This document shows positions 38,745-45,807 of a stretch of DNA of 45,807 nt, one piece after another. A program made the translations under genes and the position numbers. Under the pieces are notes generated by a model, which saw nothing but the letters and a program-made list of their open reading frames with translations, did no database searches and had not been told where the DNA came from. Location: positions 33,634-79,440 of the forward strand of contig DJFX01000045.1 of the NCBI GenBank assembly GCA_002432635.1. The letters are read 5' to 3'. The DNA comes from Halothiobacillaceae bacterium UBA5861 (GTDB lineage Bacteria > Pseudomonadota > Gammaproteobacteria > UBA5861). Numbering within the stretch: the stretch's first letter is position 1; each line of letters starts with the position of its first letter.

Positions 38745-39752
38745 GTGATCAAAAGAAGCGCGCTGTTTGTGGCTTTCACTGCTTTGATTGTATTCGGCAT
38801 ATTGCTTTGGGATGCCTATGATACGGTTGTTTCTCCAATGCAAACCGATGGTAAGATTGTCACCTTTGATATTCCACAGGGTGGAACGGTCTCCTCTGTG
38901 GCTTCTGAACTTAAAGAAGCGGGTATTTTAAAGAAACCGTTTTACTTGGTGTTACTCGCGAGACTAAATGGGGAAGCCCGGCGTATCAAAGCGGGTGAGT
39001 ATCAGTTTTCTACTGCACTTTCACCGCAGGAGTTGCTCTCCAAGTTTGTTTCTGGCGCTGTAACTCGATATAACTTCACGATTATTGATGGCTGGCGTGT
39101 CAGTGACTTGCTGAAGGCGCTTGCTGAGAATCAGCAACTTATTCAGGAGCTGGACAATTCCAAAGATGCTTACACGCGGATAGCGAGTACACTCAATTTG
39201 GAATACGCCCACCCGGAAGGTTTGTTTTTACCAGACACTTATCAATTTCGAAAAGGTGATACAGACGTCAGCTTGTTGCAGCGAGCTCATGAGGCTTTGA
39301 TGGCAACGCTGAAAATCGAATGGTCTCAACGACAGGAAAACCTGCCTCTCAAGACACCTTATGAGGCTTTAATCTTGGCCTCTATTGTAGAGCGGGAAAC
39401 AGGGCTTGCCGAAGAACGTGCCAGAATAGCCGGTGTCTTTACTCTGCGCTTGTTGAAAAAGATGAAACTACAAACTGACCCGACCGTCATTTATGGGATG
39501 GGAGAGCAGTTTGATGGCAATATTCGACGCAAAGATTTAAGGCGTGATACACCCTATAATACCTACACACGAACCGGACTCCCGCCCACGCCGATCAGTT
39601 TGCCAGGCAAAGCAGCGATCCGTGCGACATTACAGCCTGATATCACAGGTGAGTTGTATTTTGTTGCAACCGGGCAGGAGGGCCGACACCATTTTTCTAA
39701 AACCTTAGAAGAACACAATGCCGCGGTGAGAAAATATCAACTAAATCGGTGA
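38745..39752 (+). CDS. mltG: Endolytic transglycosylase MltG (YceG)
   Basis: EGLFLPDTY, LASIVERE, LQTDPTVIYG, YNTY, GLPPTPI. Confidence 0.96.
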   Translation: MIKRSALFVAFTALIVFGILLWDAYDTVVSPMQTDGKIVTFDIPQGGTVSSVASELKEAGILKKPFYLVLLARLNGEARRIKAGEYQFSTALSPQELLSKFVSGAVTRYNFTIIDGWRVSDLLKALAENQQLIQELDNSKDAYTRIASTLNLEYAHPEGLFLPDTYQFRKGDTDVSLLQRAHEALMATLKIEWSQRQENLPLKTPYEALILASIVERETGLAEERARIAGVFTLRLLKKMKLQTDPTVIYGMGEQFDGNIRRKDLRRDTPYNTYTRTGLPPTPISLPGKAAIRATLQPDITGELYFVATGQEGRHHFSKTLEEHNAAVRKYQLNR

Positions 39753-39759
39753 ACCTGTT

Positions 39760-40398
39760 TTGCAAGCAAAAGGTAAATTTATAACACTTGAAGGCGGAGA
39801 AGGCGTTGGTAAAACCACCAATCTCGCGGTGGTGAAGGCGTGTTTAGAAGCAGCCGGTAAGCGAGTTTTGCTGACCCGTGAACCGGGAGGCACCCCCATC
39901 GGAGAAAAAATCAGAACCATACTTTTAGATAAAGGTAATGCGCCTTTGCTTGCATCAGCTGAGTTATTGCTGGTTTTTGCCGCGCGTGTTCAACACGTCG
40001 AAGAAGTGATCCGCCCTGCTATTGAACGTGGCGAGTGGGTGCTGTCGGATCGTTTTACGGATGCAAGCTATGCTTACCAGGGGGGAGGGCGTGGCATCGA
40101 TAGCGCTCGGATTGCTTATTTGGAAACATGGCTGCTTGATAATCTACAGCCTGATTTTACTCTGTTATTGGATACCTCTCCCACTATAGGAAAACACCGT
40201 GCTGGTTTGCGAGCCGAGCTTGATCGTTTCGAAAGCGAAGAATTGGCTTTTTTTGAACGGGTCAGACAAGGTTATTTGCAACGGGCAAAAGCAATGCCTG
40301 ATCGGTTTAGTGTGGTTGATGCCGGCTTACCGCTTGATCAAGTCAAGTATGAAATTTCTGAAAAATTAACCGCGTGGTTGAATCGAGAGGATGCATGA
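39760..40398 (+). CDS. tmk: Thymidylate kinase
   Basis: EGGEGVGKTT, TREPGG, DRFTDASYAYQG. Confidence 0.97.
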   Translation: MQAKGKFITLEGGEGVGKTTNLAVVKACLEAAGKRVLLTREPGGTPIGEKIRTILLDKGNAPLLASAELLLVFAARVQHVEEVIRPAIERGEWVLSDRFTDASYAYQGGGRGIDSARIAYLETWLLDNLQPDFTLLLDTSPTIGKHRAGLRAELDRFESEELAFFERVRQGYLQRAKAMPDRFSVVDAGLPLDQVKYEISEKLTAWLNREDA

Positions 40399-41402
40399 AT
40401 TTCAATCTGAGCCCACTGTCAGATGATTTGCCCTGGCATGAAAAGCAGTGGCAAGTATTGCGCGCATGTGTCACAAAAGACCGTTTTCCCCATGCATTAC
40501 TGCTTCATGGTCCGATGGGTGTTGGGAAGCGCATTTTTGCTCAACGAGTCGCCGCAACCCTTTTATGTAGTCAGTTGACGGATAGCATAACACCTTGTGG
40601 GCAATGTCAATCTTGTCATTTGCTGGGAACAAGTGTTCACCCAGACTTTTTCTTGTTGGAGCCAGAAGAAGGCACGTCAACGATAAAGATAGATCAAGTC
40701 CGAATGCTGGCCGAAAGAGTCACGCTAACCGGTCAGTTTGGTGACAGGCGTATGGTTGTTGTTGATCCAGTTGATGGAATGACCCTGGGTGCGGCCAACG
40801 GGTTTTTGAAAATACTCGAGGAGCCTCCTGCTGGAGTCGTTTTTCTACTGCTCAGCAGTCGGCCCGGGAGGCTTTTGGCAACGATAAAAAGCCGCTGTGT
40901 GACCTTGCCTTTCCCTATTCCTCCGGACAATCTGGCGGCTTCCTGGCTTGCATCGAGAGTGGAAGGAAGCCCCGAAGTTTCTCTTTCCCTGAGTCTTGGC
41001 GCGCCGCTACAGGCTTTGGCGATTCAGTCTGGTCAGGAAGATTTGATCGCGCTGCGACAAAAGATGATAAAGGAACTTTATTCGGTTGTTTCCGGCAATG
41101 GATCACCAGTGAATGTTTCCAATCTCTGGAGCAAAATGGCATTAATGGATGTATTGGCTAAAATAATCAGTTGGTTGGCCGATATTATTCGCGTAAAGAT
41201 GTATCTCCCCGATGAGAAGCTTATCAATAAGGACGTTGTTGGAGAACTGAAATCGCTCTCTCGATTTTTTGATTTGCCCACTCTTTTTCGTTTAAGAGAT
41301 ACAGCACAGCAGTTGAGTGCTGATTCGCAAGCGACGAACTTGAATCAAGCCACAATTCTTGCTGATTTTTTATGCACGATCAGGGCATTGTCCAGTAGAT
41401 GA
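40395..41402 (+). CDS. holB: DNA polymerase III subunit delta'
   Basis: ATG 40395 (ATGA overlap with tmk); HALLLHG..GVGK, CGQCQSC, HPDF, LKILEEPP, TIKSRC. Confidence 0.95.
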   Translation: MNFNLSPLSDDLPWHEKQWQVLRACVTKDRFPHALLLHGPMGVGKRIFAQRVAATLLCSQLTDSITPCGQCQSCHLLGTSVHPDFFLLEPEEGTSTIKIDQVRMLAERVTLTGQFGDRRMVVVDPVDGMTLGAANGFLKILEEPPAGVVFLLLSSRPGRLLATIKSRCVTLPFPIPPDNLAASWLASRVEGSPEVSLSLSLGAPLQALAIQSGQEDLIALRQKMIKELYSVVSGNGSPVNVSNLWSKMALMDVLAKIISWLADIIRVKMYLPDEKLINKDVVGELKSLSRFFDLPTLFRLRDTAQQLSADSQATNLNQATILADFLCTIRALSSR

Positions 41403-41438
41403 TGGCGAGATTAAAAGTTTTACAATCAGGAGAGTAAT

Positions 41439-41783
41439 GTGGCGAACAGCCGACAAGGGATCTTGTCATTAAATATCAAGGATAAAAGCGCATTATATGC
41501 GGCCTACATGCCTTATGTGATCAATGGCGGTTTGTTTGTGCCAACAGAGAAAGAATACCGTTTGGGTGATGAGGTATTCATGTTGCTCATGTTGATGGAG
41601 GATAAAGCCCGGATTCCCGTTGCAGGCAAAGTGGTTTGGGTGACACCGGCAGGGGCACAAGGTGGTCAGCTGGCCGGTATTGGTATCCAGTTTAGTGAAC
41701 AGGATAATGGGAGCACCCGCACCAAAATTGAAACGTACCTCGCCGGGGCTTTGAACTCTGACCGGGCCACTCATACGATGTAA
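41439..41783 (+). CDS. pilZ: Type IV pilus assembly PilZ
   Basis: LYAAYMP..NGGLFVPT, GKVVWVTP, GIGIQF, THTM; follows holB. Confidence 0.93.
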   Translation: MANSRQGILSLNIKDKSALYAAYMPYVINGGLFVPTEKEYRLGDEVFMLLMLMEDKARIPVAGKVVWVTPAGAQGGQLAGIGIQFSEQDNGSTRTKIETYLAGALNSDRATHTM

Positions 41784-41930
41784 ATTTTCAGACTGGCATT
41801 CTATTTATTTTTTTAATCCAACTAACAATATGGGGCGCGTATCGGTTATAATTCAAAAAGTTTGGTTGGCGATCAATGTAAGAGCACCTCAGCCCTGAGA
41901 ACCGTTGCTATTGCATACCCACGATTTTGA

Positions 41931-43297
<1,367 letters not shown>

Positions 43298-43298
<1 letters not shown>

Positions 43299-44521
43299 TG
43301 AGTGGTATGAGAGCTTTTCTCGATCGGTTACATCCGCACTTTGTCAAAGGTGGTCGCTTTGAGAAGTATTACGCCATCTATGAAATGGTGGATACCTTTT
43401 TGTATACACCGCCAGATGTGACGACCCGTGCTCCACATGTACGCGATGCGCTGGACGTTAAGCGTCTGATGACATATGTGGTGCTCGCTACAATTCCTGT
43501 TATTTTGATGTCGTGGTACAACACTGGATATCAGGCAAATTTGGCCATGGCCGAAATGGGGGTCGCTGAAACAAGTGGTTGGCGCGGCGCTGTGATCGGT
43601 ATGTTAGGTATCGGATATAGTCCCGATAGCGTTTTTGCGGCAATGTTCCACGGTTTTTTATATTTTCTGCCGATCTACATTGTGACCCTTGCCGCGGGCG
43701 GTATCTGTGAGGTGATTTTCGCCACCGTCCGTGGGCATGAAGTTAACGAAGGCTTTCTTGTTACTTCAATGCTATACACGCTGATCATGCCACCGACCAT
43801 TCCATTGTGGCAGGTTGCGCTGGGTATCATTTTTGGTGTTGTTATTGGGAAAGAAGTTTTTGGTGGCACAGGTAAGAACTTTTTGAACCCGGCGCTGACG
43901 GGCCGAGCCTTTCTATTTTTCGCCTATCCGGCACAAATTTCAGGAGATTCAGTTTGGACGGCTGTGGATGGTTTCAGCGGGGCGACGGCGCTCAGCTTAT
44001 CGGCATCCGGAGGGGTTGAAGCTATAACCGCTTCTGGGGTTTCGTGGATGGATGCTTTCCTCGGTACTATCCAAGGCTCCTTGGGCGAGACATCAGCGTT
44101 GGCCTGTCTGATTGGCGGGGCTTTCTTGATGTATACCGGTGTCGCAAACTGGCGGATTGTTGCGGGCGTCATGCTGGGTATGGTCGTAACGTCAACACTG
44201 CTGAACTTAGTTGGCAGTGATACCAATCCGATGTTTGCAATGCCCTGGTATTGGCATCTCGTTGTAGGTGGTTTTGCGTTTGGTATGGTCTTTATGGCAA
44301 CTGACCCGGTGAGTGCAGCGATGACTAATCTTGGCCGTTGGTATTTTGGTGCCCTGATTGGCTTTATGGTGGTACTGATTCGTGTCGTTAATCCGGCCTT
44401 CCCGGAGGGCATGATGTTAGCCATTCTCTTTGCTAATTTGTTTGCTCCATTGATCGACTATTTTGTCGTTAAGTCAAACATTAAGCGCAGAGAAAAAAGA
44501 ATCCAGGCATCTTTGCAATAG
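43298..44521 (+). CDS. nqrB: Na+-NQR subunit B
   Basis: [29 protein letters not shown]-attachment [15 protein letters not shown]. Confidence 0.98.
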
Positions 44522-45322
44522 GTGAAAACAATGTTGAAGAAATTTTTAGAAACACCTAATGATAATAAGATTAAGACGATCGCCGTTGTTGCTGTACTTT
44601 GTCTTGTCTGCTCAATATTTGTTTCAGCATCCGCTGTTGCTCTAAAACCAATTCAGCAAAAAAACAAGCAGGTTGAAAAGAAAACAAAAATTCTTGAAAT
44701 TGCAGGTTTAATGGAGCTTGGTGGTGATGTTGATGAGTTATTTAAACAGTTCACCCCCAAAGTGGTTGAGTTGGCCACTGGTGAGTATGTTGATGACATT
44801 GACCCTGCGACATATGACCAGAGAAAAGCGGCTAAAAAACCAGAACTGAGTGTGCTGGTAAGTCGGTCGGATGACATTGCTAGCATCAAACGGCAGGCAA
44901 AGTATGCAACGGTATATCTCGTGAAGCAGGATGAGCAGGTTAAGAAAATCGTGATCCCTGTGCACGGCTATGGTCTTTGGTCAACATTGTACGGCTACAT
45001 GGCGTTAGATGGTGATGGCAAAACAGTCACAGGCTTTGGTTTCTACGAGCATGCAGAAACACCGGGTTTAGGTGGTGAGGTTGATAACCCCAAATGGAAA
45101 GGACTGTGGCCAGGTAAAGTCGTTTACGATGAGAGCGGTGATGTCCAGCTTCGTGTTGTTAAGGGTAATGTTGACCCCAGCAAGCCAGGCAGTGAACATA
45201 AAGTTGATGGCTTAGCGGGTGCAACACTGACGAGCCAAGGTGTTTCCAACCTGGTGCAGTTTTGGTTAGGTGAAAATGGCTTTGGGCCTTACCTGAAAAA
45301 GTTCATTGAGAGGAATGGCTAA
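44522..45322 (+). CDS. nqrC: Na+-NQR subunit C
   Basis: [22 protein letters not shown]-attachment [10 protein letters not shown]. Confidence 0.97.
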   Translation: MKTMLKKFLETPNDNKIKTIAVVAVLCLVCSIFVSASAVALKPIQQKNKQVEKKTKILEIAGLMELGGDVDELFKQFTPKVVELATGEYVDDIDPATYDQRKAAKKPELSVLVSRSDDIASIKRQAKYATVYLVKQDEQVKKIVIPVHGYGLWSTLYGYMALDGDGKTVTGFGFYEHAETPGLGGEVDNPKWKGLWPGKVVYDESGDVQLRVVKGNVDPSKPGSEHKVDGLAGATLTSQGVSNLVQFWLGENGFGPYLKKFIERNG

Positions 45323-45323
45323 C

Positions 45324-45807
45324 ATGTCTCAGCTTACTAAAGAAATCGTAACCGATCCGTTAGTTGACAATAACCCAATTGTTTTACAGGTACTGGGTAT
45401 TTGCTCTGCACTTGCGGTGACGTCGAACTTAAAAACAGCCTTGCTAATGTCTGTTGCTGTTATTGCCGTTGTATCTTTTTCCAACCTGTTTGTGAGTCTG
45501 ATTCGTACTCAAATACCCAGTAGTGTTCGAATCATTGTGCAAATGACAATTATTGCATCACTTGTCATAGTGGTTGACCAGCTTCTTAAAGCTTTTGCTT
45601 ACGAAACCTCTAAACAGTTATCTGTTTTTGTTGGTTTGATTATCACAAACTGTATTGTCATGGGACGGGCTGAAGCATTTGCGATGAAAAACCCACCTTT
45701 TGCCAGTTTTATGGACGGCCTGGGGAATGGTTTGGGGTACAGCTTGATCTTAATTTTAGTTGGTATCGTGCGCGAGCTACTCGGGGCGGGTTCGCTCATG
45801 GGCGTAA
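45324..45807 (+). CDS. nqrD: Na+-NQR subunit D, partial; runs off the window end
   Basis: Not in the ORF track. Manual translation from ATG 45324 gives [33 protein letters not shown]...[22 protein letters not shown]. Confidence 0.96.
   Translation, partial: MSQLTKEIVTDPLVDNNPIVLQVLGICSALAVTSNLKTALLMSVAVIAVVSFSNLFVSLIRTQIPSSVRIIVQMTIIASLVIVVDQLLKAFAYETSKQLSVFVGLIITNCIVMGRAEAFAMKNPPFASFMDGLGNGLGYSLILILVGIVRELLGAGSLMGV

Overview
This 45.8-kb window is from a gammaproteobacterium, probably marine or halophilic given the Na+-NQR genes. Most of it is housekeeping: purM (partial)/DUF2066/hda/DUF2069/arsC, a three-gene pnt transhydrogenase operon, perM-bcp-dapA-bamC-MBL hydrolase, cysZ-smc-zipA-ligA, dapB-fabD-fabG-acpP-fabF-mltG-tmk-holB-pilZ and nqrABC plus partial nqrD. 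Four things stand out. (1) A tRNA-Arg(CCU) on the - strand is split by a 228-nt ORF-less group I intron (IC3-like) that the ORF track does not show. (2) A two-gene unit encodes a circularly permuted PhoX-like lipoprotein on a collagen-like (Gly-X-Y)16 stalk and an uncharacterised di-heme c lipoprotein; this is the best candidate for an undescribed system. (3) PntA-1 is fused to a C-terminal helix-hairpin-helix-like domain. (4) A full-length FGGY kinase homologue has lost essentially every ATP-binding and catalytic motif, suggesting a pseudokinase. No CRISPR array, rRNA, transposase or integrase was seen. All family assignments come from motif recognition by eye, not from database searches.
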